DNA from: the human T2T-CHM13v2.0 reference genome, Homo sapiens
Assembly (NCBI RefSeq): GCF_009914755.1
Contig: NC_060942.1
Direction: 5' to 3' (one strand)
DNA: 64,000 nt
Shown here: piece after piece, positions 29,656-43,359 of the stretch
Layout: each line of letters opens with the position of its first letter
Position numbering within the stretch: the stretch's first letter is position 1
Program-made: the position numbers and the translations under genes
Notes under the pieces: model-generated
Databases searched by the model: none
What the model saw: only the letters and a program-made list of their open reading frames with translations
What the model was told of the DNA's origin: nothing

Positions 29656-30528
29656 TGTTGCTGGAGGGCTTAAGTGGGTCTCCGGATGCTGGTGAGATCC
29701 CAGCCCCAGCTGGTATCCGGATTATTGACACGGCAGCAAGAAAGAATTCAGGGATGGGTCAGAAAGAAGCAAAAGGCAAGGAACTTTCATTGCAAAGTGG
29801 ACGTACACATTCAAGAGCGGGCGTGCAGGCATAGTGGGGAGAGTGAGTCGCACACATGGAGTTTGGGTTTCTAATTTTACGGGTTCTTCTAATTAGAGAG
29901 TGGAATAATCATGAGGTTTTCTAGGGAAAAGGCGGAGATTTCTTAGAATTGAGGTGCCTCCCATTTTTATACTAAATATGGGCATACTTGTATCTGCCAC
30001 TGCACTGGTGGGTGAGTGATTTAGTATGGTAACGAGCATATATTTAGGTCTGGGGTTGGGTGTGGGTCAAATCCAATGCTATGTTGGACTTAGGTGGTCT
30101 CAAGCAGCTGGAGCCCCCGCCCCAGTTGTTGGTCTTATCAACCCAGGCTCGTCCTTCTCTTTGTAGCTAATTTTAACATCTCCTTTCTTGCTGCTGTGTG
30201 AAATTGCTGCTTGATATGTTCTGATTCTCCTGTGACCACTGAGTATTTCTATTTTATAGGTATTTCTTTAATAAGTGGATGGAATAATTATTAGGTATTC
30301 TGGAAAATGAGGGGATTTCCGAGGCTTCCCAGTTACCACCCCCTTTCTCCCTTACTTGGGTTTGTTTGAAAGAGTCGTGGACATGTCACCCTGACTGGGG
30401 TTTTGGCTATTTCCTCTTCCTTATTTTGGGTTTTCTGTTATTCTGTAGTTTCTTTGCCTGGTTTTTGTTTTAGCTGTTGTTTCGGTTTTTCCATCCTCCT
30501 GTGACCACCCAGTGCTATTCCTATTCCA
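29656..30528 (-). mobile_element. ERV1 solo LTR (subfamily not assigned) with internal duplicated block
   Basis: TG...CA termini; antisense U5/R-like aagaaagaattcaggg; internal repeats tggaataat...ggaaaa and tcctgtgaccac. Confidence 0.7.
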
Positions 30529-30638
30529 AACCAATATGAATGGGAGGATATTTTCCCCACCTGAGTTGCTGTGAGAAGCTGCAGAAGCACAATAGCATGA
30601 GCTACAAGCTGGATGGATCTTCATATTTTCATCTGTAG

Positions 30639-30978
30639 CAGGGGTCCCCAACCCCTGGGCTGTGGACAGTTCCTGCTGGTGGCCTGTTAGGAACCAGGCA
30701 GCACAGCAGCAGGTGAACAGTAGGCGAGCAAGCACTACCACCTGAGCTCTTCCTGCTGTCAGGTCCGCAGCAGCATTCCAGTCTCATAGGAGCACGAACC
30801 CTATTGTGAACTGTGCATGTGAGGGATCTAGGTTGTGCGTGCCTTATGAGAATCTAATGCCTGATGATCTGAGGTGAAACAGTTTCATCCTGAAACCATC
30901 TACCACTCTTCTTTCATCCATGGAAAAATTGTCTTCCACGAAAATGGTCCCTGGTGCCAAAAAGTTTCAGGACTGCTG
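30639..30978. mobile_element. MER1B hAT-Charlie MITE
   Basis: caggggtccccaacccctggg...aaaatggtccctggtgccaaaaagtttcaggactgctg; 8-bp TSD atctgtag/atctatag. Confidence 0.92.
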
Positions 30979-31214
30979 ATCTATAGTAAAAAATAGACAC
31001 TTCTCTTTATCCCAACTGAACTATAGGAAAATAATGAGAATAGAGGATTCACCAAATAAATTAAATATAATAATAAACATGAAAAAATACACATGAAAAT
31101 AGATTGATCTTATAATTAAAGAAATGAAAATGAAATTACAGTGAGTTTTTTTCTTTAAGTTGGCATGAATTTTTGAAAATATAATAGCTAATGTTGGGAA
31201 CAGACATAAAAAAC

Positions 31215-31830
31215 ATTCTATTAAACAATACATTATTGAGTGTTTACTGTGTCTTAGGTATTTTGCTAAGCACTAGGGATTAGGGATACATTATTTTATT
31301 CAACATCTACTTACAAAGCATCTACCATGTAAAAAGCTGGTTTGCTGAGGATTTGGATTTCCTGGTGGATAGGAAAGTTTGCTTCCTGTCCTCATGGAGC
31401 TTACATGCTAGCAGATGAGACAGACATTTAAAAAATAATCACGCACCAAAATACAAATTTAAATAGTGAAAAGTGCTATAAATGAGATATTATGGCTCCT
31501 ACAGGAGTTAATAATATCAGAACTAAATTAATCAGGGCAAGAGAAGTTTCCTTTGAGAAATTAACATTTGATCTGAATTCTAACAGATGAGTCAAAATTA
31601 GCAGGGCAAAGAGGAGGACAAGGTACTTTCCAAGAAAAATTCATGATGTGAACAAAAATGTGAGGTAAGAAGGAGCAAATACATGTGACAAACTAAAAGA
31701 GAAATCAGTGTGGGGAGTGCAGGAAGCAAGAGGCGAGGAGATGAGGAGGGAACAGATTGTAGAAAGCAATCAGAAGCCACCGAAGGGATTTAAGTAGACA
31801 AGTGACATAACCAAAAATAGTGGTGGAAAT
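31215..31830 (-). mobile_element. L2 3' region (two juxtaposed 3' ends)
   Basis: ttattgagtgtttactgtgtcttagg; cctgtcctcatggagcttacatgctag; ttgatctgaattctaacagatga. Confidence 0.7.
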
Positions 31831-32228
31831 GCAGATAAGGCTATGTCCTTGAAGAGTCAACATTCTAGTGGGGAAACAGGTATTTTCAGATGTAACTGGG
31901 ACAGTACAAGTTGGCATAAAAATTCTGTTGGCCAATTAGGCAGTAACTCTAAATTTAAAATGCATTTGCCTCCACCAACCCTTCATATTTCATAGAAATG
32001 ACTGCATATGTACAAGGATGTTAGTATTATTGAAAATTCTGAACCAATCTAATGTCTTTCAAATGGTTTCAAATTAATAGAACATGATATGGCCATATAA
32101 TGAAATACTATACAGCTATTAAAACAGAGTGAGATAAATCTGCATATATTACTTTGATGTTTTAAAAATAAATAGCAAAGTTCAAGGTTGTAGGTACATC
32201 TCTGTCCCATTTTCTTAAGACAAACCAA

Positions 32229-32991
32229 CATATATATGTATATATATGTTGTATGTATATACATATATGTATATATATGTTGTATGTATATACATATATG
32301 TATATATATGTTGTATGTATATACATATATGTATATATATGTTGTATGCATATACATATATGTATATATATGTTGTATGCATATACATATATGTATATAT
32401 ATGTTGTATGCATATACATATATGTATATATATGTTGTATGCATATACATATATGTATATATATGTTGTATGCATATACATATATGTATATATATGTTGT
32501 ATGCATATACATATATGTATATATATGTTGTATGCATATACATATATGTATATATATGTTGTATGCATATACATATATGTATATATATGTTGTATGCATA
32601 TACATATATGTATATATATGTTGTATGCATATACATATATGTATATATATGTTGTATGCATATACATATATGTATATATATGTTGTATGCATATACATAT
32701 ATGTATATATATGTTGTATGCATATACATATATGTATATATATGTTGTATGCATATACATATATGTATATATATGTTGTATGCATATACATATATGTATA
32801 TATGTTGTATGCATATACATATATGTATATATATGTTGTATGCATATACATATATGTATATATGTTGTATGCATATACATATATGTATATATGTTGTATG
32901 CATATACATATATGTATATATGTTGTATGTATATACATATATGTATATATATGTTGTATGTATATACATATATGTATATACATATATATAT
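32229..32991. repeat. 31-bp AT-rich minisatellite, 24 units (four 29-bp variants)
   Basis: Unit tgttgtatgcatatacatatatgtatatata. The TT landmark recurs every 31 bp from 32250 to 32777, then at 29/31-bp spacing to 32955. Confidence 0.97.
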
Positions 32992-35177
32992 GGCAGAGGG
33001 CTTTATACTTTAAACACATATTATTTTGCTTGATTTTATTATAAAAATATTCACTGAAATGTAGTGTTTATCAGTAAAGATACTGAAATACATAATAAAC
33101 ATATAGAAGATAATTTTTAAGCAGATTATATACATTTTCATAATAAAAGAAAAGGAAAACATGGATAACAAGACAGACTAACAGGCCAACAAAAGTCAGA
33201 TGCTCACCATTTTTGGACAGCACACTCCTCCATTAAAAATTAATGGCAACCAGTAGACAACATAAACAATTCAAGTTTATGAAGGCAGAGAACAAATTCC
33301 ATTTCCAACATTTTACATAATTTGTTATTATTTACTGGTGTTTGTTTATTACCAATATAGTGTAAAATATTTGTGTGTAGTAACATTTCCATTTGTCTTA
33401 GACACCCTAGGTTTTAGAACAATGGTGGCTCCTTGTAAACATTCAATAAATAATTGTTGAGTCATAGGACTATCATGAAAATTGACTACTGATACCTTAA
33501 ACTCAGGAAATCAGCCCAGAAGACTGAAAAATGCCAGAGGCCATTGTGACACAGGCAATCTCATATCCAAGAATGCCAGATATAACATTGAAAGAGAACA
33601 TTCTAACTGACTGCTAATGAGTATGATCATAGCTGCAATTCAGTCTGATCTCTGAAATGGTATTTCTCCAGATAGCACAGACTTCCTTTAAGGGTAATGT
33701 CACAGCCGACTAAGATCTCATCGAAGACGTCTAATGTCCATTGAAATCATTTTAATGCTCTTGGCTGAAGTCAGCAAGCTGTCATTTAATTACGCAGGAT
33801 TTCTGATTGCTCATCATCACCCCTGTTCTCATTCAGCTCTTCACCCTTGTGTGTCTCCTCTATGGAGAGCTTCCATTCATCTGAATAGCAGCTTTAGTCA
33901 AGGAAGATGTGAGTGAGTATGAGAAGGAAGATGATCTTCAGAATATGAAAAAAAATTAGACTGTGGCAGAGCTCTTTTTTCTGAAATTCTCATAGCATTG
34001 ACTCACTTACCAACTTGCTTATGTGATAGTACCCATTTTACAATTTTTACATTTCCCCCTTTTCTCAACTGATAACTAATGCTAATATAATTCAGATGAA
34101 TGAGACTTATAAAATAGTTATATGTTTTCAGATTAAAAGGTAATGTCCCATTGACCACTGACTAAATGGGATTTAGAGACACAATGAAAAACAATTTAAT
34201 AGTCTTCCTTGCATAGAATAGAATAAGAAGTCATTTTATCAAATTTGCATAGAAAATATACCTTATGTTTTGACATGAAAGATAACAACTTCATTGTAGA
34301 ACAATAACATAACTTATTCTCTGGGAATAACCTTGAATTATGTAATTTAAGAATTCTCTAACAATGCCAAGTGAAATCTATTAAATCAACACTCATCTAC
34401 TCTGGCTTTAGTATTTCAGGTTCTGTGAGATTTCCAAATTTCAGCATATTAAGAGTAAATCATTCATAAAAACAGAAAACATATATACAAGTTATTTCTT
34501 TAAAAAGCCATCTCTCAAAAGAATAATTGTTCTCTAAACTGGAAAATGATGCACATAAATCTTCATTTTAATTTTTTGATTTCTGTTGTATATGTCTCCC
34601 CCCACCCCATAAAACAATTCAGGATTACTATGTACAAGCCAAATGAGATAATGTTTCAAGGAAACTGCATTGATTCTGCTTTCAGAAAAGGTTCATTGGA
34701 AGTCCACTGATAACTGATATTTGACAACCTGAAAGCAGTTCCAGATTTGGAACAGGTGCAGGTTCTAATAGGCATATTCCAGAGACAAAGCAACAAAGTC
34801 TTTCTTGGTGTGATTACGCTTATTATTCTGTGATTGCCACATCCTGATCAGAGATATACTTAGTCATTAAAAATAGTGCTGTAGAATTACCCATAGATTA
34901 TGTATGAAACTGTTGGGAAAGGGGAAGAGCACAAGAGAAGGCTCTGAAGTATTTTCAGTTGATGCAGAGTGAATGACAGCTCCAGGTGGAATTCTGTGAA
35001 ACAGGAGACCATGATTAATACATTGTTTGTTTAAAAGAAAATGGGGACATGAAGTATAGCAAAGTATTTCTGAAGATGTTGTTTGAGGGAAGGATAAATT
35101 GGTATAATATATGAGAGTTTCATTATTTGAATACACTTCATTTAAGAGATTTAGTAAGGAAGGTTTTTGGCATTTGG

Positions 35178-35219
35178 ATGTGTGAGTGCGTGTGTGTGTG
35201 TGTGCACGTGTGTGTGTGT
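35178..35219 (+). repeat. Imperfect (TG)n
   Basis: tgtgtgagtgcgtgtgtgtgtgtgtgcacgtgtgtgtgtg. Confidence 0.85.
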
Positions 35220-35223
35220 AGCC

Positions 35224-35391
35224 AAAATCTCAGCACTTGTGGGAAGTCAAGGCAGGAGGATCACTTGAGCCCAGGAGTTTGAGAACCATCTGGATAATAC
35301 AGCAAGACCCTGTCTCTACAAAAAAATAGTAAAAACTAACTATTAGCTGTGCATGGTACCAAGCATCTGTGGTCCCAGCTACTTGAGAGGC
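35224..35391 (+). mobile_element. AluJ fragment truncated at both ends
   Basis: ggcaggaggatcacttgagcccaggagtttgag (AluJ diagnostic), central A-rich linker, stops at cccagctacttgagagg. Confidence 0.85.
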
Positions 35392-35857
35392 GCACGCACA
35401 CGTGAATTTCATCTCTTTAATACACATTGCTTTTGTCCACCTAGTATGCATCCTATCTCAGTCATATAGAAAAGTAGATTCACCTTCTGCTTTCAGTGCC
35501 AAATCAAAAGTAAGGAGTAGAAATGTCAGAAAGTGGGTGGGAATTGAAATATCTGTTAACAGAACACGTGTAAGATAGGCAAAACAAATATGTACTTTAG
35601 AAGAAAAATTGAAATATTTGACCATGATCAGCTCCCTGGATAACTGAATAAAAGATACAAAATTTGAAAAGTATGAAAAGCCACGAGGAGACACAGAGTG
35701 GGCACAAAAGCCTAGGTGAGGATGCTCTAAATCTAGAGAAATTCTCATGGACAAAGGCGGTTCTCTATGGATTTCTGTACAAAACTCCTTAATCTACACC
35801 TACTGGGAACCTTCGTTTTAATGAAAGAAACAGCTAAGCCCAACATTTACATTAGTA

Positions 35858-36190
35858 GTTTTATTTATATTTTAAATAATTTTTATTTTTTTTCTTTTTT
35901 TGAGAGAGAATCTCACTCTGTCACACCAGAGTGCAGTGTTATTACTATGTCTCACTGCAGCCTCAGCCTCTTCAGCTTGGGCAGTCTTCTCACCACAGCC
36001 TCTCAAATAGCTGGGACCACAGATGTATGCCACCATGCCCAGCCAATAGATTTTACCTTTTTTTTTTTTTTGTAGAGACAGGGTCTTTCTATGTTATCCA
36101 GGTGGGACTCAAACTCCTGAGCTCAAGTAATCCTCTTGCCTCGACCTCTGAAAGTGCTGAGATTACAGGTGTAAGCCACCGCGCTTGGCT
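35858..36190 (-). mobile_element. AluJ
   Basis: ctcactgcagcctcagcctc and aactcctgagctcaagtaatcctcttgcctc; acattag-agtttt flanks. Confidence 0.92.
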
Positions 36191-36197
36191 ACATTAG

Positions 36198-36330
36198 GAG
36201 TTTTCAAACTTGCTTGCACATTACAACCATATTGATGCCCAGGCCTTATTCCTGAAACTTCAGATTCAATTGGCTAAGGGGCAGGACCCAAGCATCAGAT
36301 TTCAGAAAAAGCTGTTTGTGGCCAGGACTG
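36198..36330. mobile_element. MER5A-like hAT MITE fragment
   Basis: ttttcaaacttgcttgcacattac...gatgcccaggcc...cagattcaattggc...ccaagcatc. Confidence 0.55.
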
Positions 36331-36376
36331 AAAGAGAGTCACTTATATTCTGGTAGTAAGTACTCTGGGGTAAGTC

Positions 36377-36424
<48 letters not shown>

Positions 36425-36470
36425 ATATATATATATATACACACACACACATATAGACATATATATGTAT
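36377..36470. repeat. Compound (TA)(TG)(TA)(CA) microsatellite
   Basis: Read directly from the sequence. Confidence 0.9.
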
Positions 36471-37145
36471 ATTTATATACACGTACTCACTCTGTGTGTA
36501 TATTTGTTTAATATATGATGTTACATATTATATAACCTCTATATCAACAATTTTTAAAATGTGAAAAAATACAAACATAAAATTGAATATGTTGCAAAGT
36601 ATGCCAATTAAACCAAGAGCTCTTGTTGTTTTGAAACAGTTGAAAACAACAAGGAAAGCACAGATAATGATTCGGAAATACAATGGATAGTGATAGCTAT
36701 AGAAGTTAAAGTTCTCATAGATAATTGGATTGTAACAATGCTGCAAGGATTAGAAGAGGGGACAATAACAAAACTAGAGAGAAACAATAGACATCAAAGA
36801 TTTTTTAGCTTTGATCTTATTTCTGGAATTAACTTACAACATCATCTTCATGTGATTCAGGATCTCTGTGAGCAAGGGTGTGTTTCAAATGCCTGAATTG
36901 CATAGTCTATAGTACTAAATGCAAGTTTTCTCTTAAATAACTACATTGAATATGTTTCTCTGGTGTCTAAACTTCAAAAATAAAGGTCAAAATGTTCCAC
37001 TTTGGAGAGGCTGTGCTTGTGTGGTGGCAGTAAGTATAGGGAAACTCTGTACTTTCTACTCAATTTTGCTGTGAATCTAAGACTGCTCTAAGGATCAAGT
37101 CTTTTTTTTTTAAAATAAGCTATCAAGGTGGTGCAAAAAATATCA

Positions 37146-37477
<332 letters not shown>

Positions 37478-37506
37478 AAGATGTAACATATGACTTTACT
37501 GTAAAT

Positions 37507-37572
37507 ACACACACACACACCCACACACACACACCCACACACACCCACACACACACACCCACACACACACAC
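37507..37572 (+). repeat. (CA)n interrupted by CCC
   Basis: acacacacacacacccacacacac..., read directly. Confidence 0.92.
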
Positions 37573-38207
37573 GGTAACTACAGACACCAAAACAGAATAT
37601 AGAGATGCAAGATTCTCAATAAATTTTCCTCTCTTTTCTAATTTTCTGCAAGTTTCATGAAGAGTCTTTAAAATAGTAAATTTATCCAATAAAGTACATT
37701 TCCTCTGAACCTATAATTAATGCCCCCACCTTTATTGAATAGTTAGAGCTGTGAAATATGTAATGTTTATGTATTGTTTTGCCTGGTTCTCCTTTCTTGC
37801 TCCCCACTGCTTCTTTAATGTGATTAGGAACCAAGGTAGTAAAACATTTAAATGTTTATAGAGCCACTTAATAGTTTCTTGTTTCCAAACTCAAACAAAA
37901 ATAGAAAAACCCAAAGAAACTTCTAGAATTATCGAGGGATGGGGGTATAAGAATTGTGAACTCACTAAGTAAAACTAGTTTATTTTCTTTCATTTTATTC
38001 ATGCAGCTTTGCCTGAAACAGAAATTTACTTCCGCATGGGTCAATTAAATGAATGTCATAATTTACCAGATGGTGTCACAAAATGATGTGGAGAACTATA
38101 TGTTGTTAGCCACAGTCCTGTAACAAACAGTGGGTCTGCATTATCCTTTTCCTCTTCAACCAGTGGCATACTTATAACATCTTATTTTTGCAAATGACTT
38201 CCCTCTT

Positions 38208-38619
38208 TGATATGGTTCGATCTGTGTCCCCATCCAAATTTCATGTTCAATTGTAATCCTCAATGTTGGATGTGGGGTCTGGTGGGAGGTGATTGGATAA
38301 TGGGGGTAGATTGTTCATGAATGGTTTGATGCCATCCCCTCAGTGCTGCTCTCATGATAGTGAGTGAGTTCTCATGAAATCTGGTTGTTTAAAACTGCAT
38401 GACACAATTCCCTTCTCTCTCTTCCTCTTGCTCCTGCCATGAAAGACATGCCTCGCCTCCTCTCCTTCACCTTTCACCATGATTGTAAGTTTCCTGAGGC
38501 CTCACCAGCCATGCTTCCTGTACATCCTGCAGAACCATGAGCCAATTAAACCTCTTTTCTTTACAAATTACCCAGTCTCAGGTATTTCTTTATAGTAGTG
38601 CAAGAACAATACATACACA
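38208..38619 (+). mobile_element. MSTA-type MaLR solo LTR
   Basis: tgatatggttcgatctgtgtccccatccaaatttcatg...gagccaattaaacctcttttctttacaaattacccagtctcaggtatttc. Confidence 0.92.
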
Positions 38620-40314
38620 CTTTCTCATTTATGAGCACAACACAAGGCAATATATATTATGGTTCTTTGAAGACAACACAGTAGGTAGTTGTCCTTAAAA
38701 TTCTCCTGTCTCTTTGACAAATACAGGGAGAGTTGAATGCAACTAGTTTATCTAGTGCATCAAGCATTTTTGTTTTATTTAAATTTTTATTTTTTATTTC
38801 ATACTAAATAATATCAAATAATCTGAATTAATGACTGTATTTTCCAGGTAGAACACCTTTCCCTGATATTCAGAGTGCCTTCATTGCCTGCCGTAGGAAT
38901 GATCAACCAGTAAACCTGAATCAAAGTTATCAAATAGAACTGACAGCTTTAAAAGCCAATACCTGTAAAGATTCCTGACCTATACTCTTCTCCATTTCCA
39001 AGTGTAGAAAATGTATTACTAAGTTAACATTCTCTGTTCTTATACCATGAAAGACTATCCTATAGGCAAGATATACCTAATACTTTTGAAAAGACAAGGG
39101 ATCTTTATTTCCTTAAAGGCTTAAGATTTCTGTCATAGTTTCTATTCTATTTCTGCCAACCGAAGTCCACACTTACTTTCTTCATGTTCAAATCTTTCTC
39201 CCTTCTTGGAGTTACTTAGCTACTTTCCACCCAAATATCCCACTGTACCACAATTAGACATTTCTTCTCTTGAATGGAACACTGCCTACTTAGTCGTTAA
39301 CAAGACATCCACATTCATCTCGTGCCTTTACTCATGGATAGGTCTCCTCCTGAATGTCCCTTGGCTCTTTTTGCCCAGTGTTGAGTGAAGTCTTCCTATG
39401 GGGATGGCAGTGAACCTCAGCCTTGATCCCAACTCCTGAATAATGTCACACTTCACTCCCCAAAGCCCAACACATTGGCAAGGTCAAAGACAAAATTATG
39501 CCAGAGGAATTCTGGCAATCAAGTTTTCACATTTTTAGAAATATGATAAAATAAGCAAATTTAATATAACATCTTTGAAAAAGATGGAATCGTGAGTTAT
39601 AGATTGTAAACTACTTTTCTGTCTCTGACGTTAGCACCTTCAAGTATTTAAACCCCCTAAATTGATCTTAGAGACTAAATGAATGCCTCACCTTATTTTC
39701 AAGAGTAATTTGTAGACCAAAAAATTGCATTTGGTATAGTTGGACAGACATCTAATAGGATGCAGAACCAGGAGGCAGTATCCAGACCTCTACTCTAAAG
39801 AGGGAACACATTAAATAAACATGGTGAGTCTGCATTATTCTCCAGTCAATTGAAGGGTCAGTTAAAGTCCAATCAAGTCCCCATTTGGCTAGAGTATCAG
39901 TTTGATAAGACTTTGTAATGGAGTTTACCAAACTGAGGAATCCAAATGAAATTAGTGGTTATGATATCAAAGTAGTAAACCCACTTCAAGTACTATTACT
40001 TAAGCATAATTAAGTGGACTCTGTAACTCAAGACTTTCTATAAAAAAATAAGCAGCAAAAGTCCTTAATGGTACAACCATTGAGGACTGGTACATTTACT
40101 CTTTTAAAAATTTTTATGGGTACCTACTAGTTGTGGATATTGTACATATTGAACTGTAGGTGCTCATGCAGAAACACACACCACAAACATACAGATATTT
40201 ATAATGAATAAAAAGTTTTGGTGTCAGCTTACAACCTTTCCTACTTGGGTGTTTGCAATACCCACAGCCAGGTGAGGCTAGGGTAGATTTCAGTTTATTC
40301 TTTCCCAATTCTAC

Positions 40315-40470
40315 ACTAATAATGATAATTCATTTTGAACACGTGGCATATGCTAGGCACTATTTTAAGTATTCTATAGCTTTCTACTCATTTAATTCCC
40401 ATATCAATTCTCCATTTTACAGATGAGGAAAGTGAGGCATTTTCTTCAAATCATTCTCAGTGACCTAGAA
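40315..40470 (-). mobile_element. MIR
   Basis: tgctaggcactattttaag...ccattttacagatgaggaaagtgaggc core. Confidence 0.85.
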
Positions 40471-41189
40471 GCTCTTAGATGTTCTTTGGTGCACACAGAA
40501 AATTTATGGGGGACTCTCATAGGATTACTTAAAACTAAACAATACCTGCGGTCTTTACTTCCAGCTGTCTGCCTATTCCAGTGGATAGGAATTCTAACAA
40601 GGATGTGCTACAACTTCTGGTTTTCTTCCAGGAAAAATGCACACAAATCTGACTAACCCATCCCACCCCCACATACCATCAGCCTTTACCTTCAAGATTG
40701 AGCTTTAGAGAAATGAAGGGTCGAGGTCTTGAGGAAACCCAAGGGACTTAATGTATTGTAAATACTTTCCAATTACTGCCATCCCTAGCCAGGCAACTCT
40801 CAACCATAGTGTCCATGCTATCTGCATGGGTGTTTGCATTTTTCCAAAAAAATCTGTTGCTTATGGTATTTTTGGCTTAGGGTGTAAAATGCCAAGAATA
40901 TTATAACACAAAAAAATAATTTTGTCTGAAAGCAACTCTTTCTTCCCTGGATTCAGACTTCTCTTTTGAAACTCAAGAAAGAACAATGAAACTGCATTCA
41001 TTTTGCAATGAAACAAACAAACAAATGCCTTGAGGCAGTGTACATGAATGAACTCTTTGTATATAACAATAGTAAAAGGTCAGGAGCAAAGTAATTTCAT
41101 GGAGAAAACAGGCTGATATCAGATTGTTACTCCAAATCATTCTCCTGTGTCCTGGATTCATATCTCGAATTATGAAAAGAGAATTGTAC

Positions 41190-41740
41190 CCAAATGTCTT
41201 GCAAGCACCGCAAAGTCAAAATACTCAAATAAATATTTATCTCCAACTTTCATTGTTAATGTCTTAGATTCCCAATGTAAGCTAATGTAATGTATCTGTA
41301 ATGTTCTGTAATGTATCCAGGTGCCCAAGCAGGAGATGGCAGGATTTCAATTTTTCTTTCTCTTTCCGTCCTCACTTCTGACCCAAGTCCTGTGGATTCT
41401 ACTACAAAAGTAACTCTAGCCTTTCCTCCACCTCCATCTCCAATACCACTATCTTAGATCAAGTCCTCCTATCTGAACTATCACCATGGACTTCCCAACA
41501 GACCTTCCTGCATCCAGCCTCTCCCTGATAACATTTGTCCACATAATGGAGTGTTATTTGGCCACATAAAGTAATGAAGTACTGAAGTATCCTCTAACAT
41601 GGAAGAACCGTGAAAACGTACTTAAAAAAATTTCTGCTCCTTGAACTTTAGTCTTGAAACACAATTCAAACCAGTTCACTCCTTTGTGCAAAAGCTGGTA
41701 ATGATTCACCATTGTCTTCAGGTGAGAGTTTACACTCCTT
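41190..41740 (+). mobile_element. L2 fragments (with a short L1 piece at ~41535-41620)
   Basis: ccaagtcctgtggattctact; ccactatcttagatcaagtcc; ccattgtcttcagg. Confidence 0.5.
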
Positions 41741-42014
41741 TGGAAAATTAATTTATTTGGATGTTGATTTTCACCACATTCTTTCCACTTTCTCCTTTGA
41801 ACTACAATCCAGAGATAATATGCTGTCCAACATTGTTGGTTTTTAAATTGTTATTGTTGTCTTGCTTTAATTTTCATTTTCAATCGGACCCTGAAAGCAT
41901 TGGTTTTCAAATCATGTTCTACAGATATTTGGATGGGGTGTCTTTGTGAACACAGAGAAAAAGAAATTATGACAATTTTAACTGTATTTAAACATTTTCT
42001 CTAACCTTTTGAGT

Positions 42015-42890
42015 GTCCTTTTATTGAGACATACTTCAAATACCACAAAATTCACCCTTCCCAAGTATGCAATTCAAAGATTTTTAGTATATTCACAAAA
42101 ATCACATAATCATCACCACTATCTAAATCTGGAATATTTTCATCACCCCCCAAAAGAAAACTCCTTGTAAGCAGGTACTCCCAGTTGTGTCTTCCCCCAA
42201 TCTCTGGCAATCACTAGTCTACTTTCTGCCTTTATGGATTTGCCTATTCTAGATTTTAAATAAATGTGTAGTCATATAATACATGGCCTGTTATGTCTGG
42301 CTTAATTTTTTTTAGTACGTTTTCACGGTTCTTCCATGTTAGAGGATACTTCAGTACTTCATTACTTTTTGTGGCCAAATAACACTCCATTATGTAGATA
42401 TATATTTTTTAATATTCATTCATCGGTTAATGAAACTTGGGTGTTTGCACTTTTTGCTATATGAATAATACTGCTGTGAACATTTATATACAAGTTTTTG
42501 TTTGGACTTGCATTTTTAATTCTCTTGGGTAAATAACCAGGAGTGCAGTTACTGGGTCATATGTTAATTCTAGGTTTAACTGTTTGAGAAACTGCCAAAC
42601 TGTTTTCAAAAGTGGCTGCACTATTTTACGTTTCTGCCAGTGATATTCCAGGGTTTCAACTTCTCCCTATCCTTGTGAACACATGTTATTGTCTGTCTCT
42701 TTCATTACAGCCATTTTATTAGGCATGAAGTAGAATCTCATCAAGATTTTGTGTTGCATTTTCTTAGTTACTAAGGATTCTAAGCATCTTTTCATGTGTA
42801 TTGTAGCCATTTGTATATCTTCTTGGATAAATGTCTATTCATATCCTTTACCTATTTTTCTTGTTGGGTCATTTGTCTTTTTATGATTAA
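42015..42890 (-). mobile_element. L1MB-type 3' end, antisense
   Basis: ttttattgagacatacttcaaataccacaaaattcacc; tttatggatttgcctattctag; gaaactgccaaactgttttcaaaagtggctgcac. Confidence 0.88.
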
Positions 42891-42949
42891 TGCCATAGTG
42901 CTTTTTAAATCCTCTTTTAGCCAGCTACCTACTACCCTACCTACTACCT

Positions 42950-43261
42950 ACATTTGCTATTGTAAAATACTGATACTTAATGTGCAATCTGGTAACAGTA
43001 CAACTTCTGAAATCTTGAAAGGCAAAAACCAAAGGTTGCTCATATCCTAGGCAGATGTATTCTATCTTTAAAATAAAAATAAAATAAAATAGAGGATACT
43101 CCTTTCTAAAGCAAAAATATAAGTGAATGTCTCTAACTTCTCTACCCAAATGGTATTTGGGGGAACGATAATGTAAACATGAGTTCTGTTAACATATATG
43201 GCATGTTTCATTAAATGTCTGTGCGTGAAAGCAGGACAGCAAAATGACAAAATACGTTACA
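42950..43261 (+). repeat. Dispersed direct duplication, copy 1 (312 bp)
   Basis: About 95% identical to 45793-46103 (about 16 differences by hand alignment). Confidence 0.97.
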
Positions 43262-43359
43262 TAAAAAGTTACATACTGTTTAGTATATGTTCTCATATAT
43301 CAGGACAATCATTTCTTTTGTGCTTCTACATTTCTTTTACCAGTTGTTATGGTTTTGCA

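Noticed and set aside
32049-33044. Six overlapping ORFs of 221-306 aa
   Set aside because: They are translations of the 31-bp minisatellite, which lacks stop codons in every frame; the peptides are periodic Y/I/M/H/C repeats.
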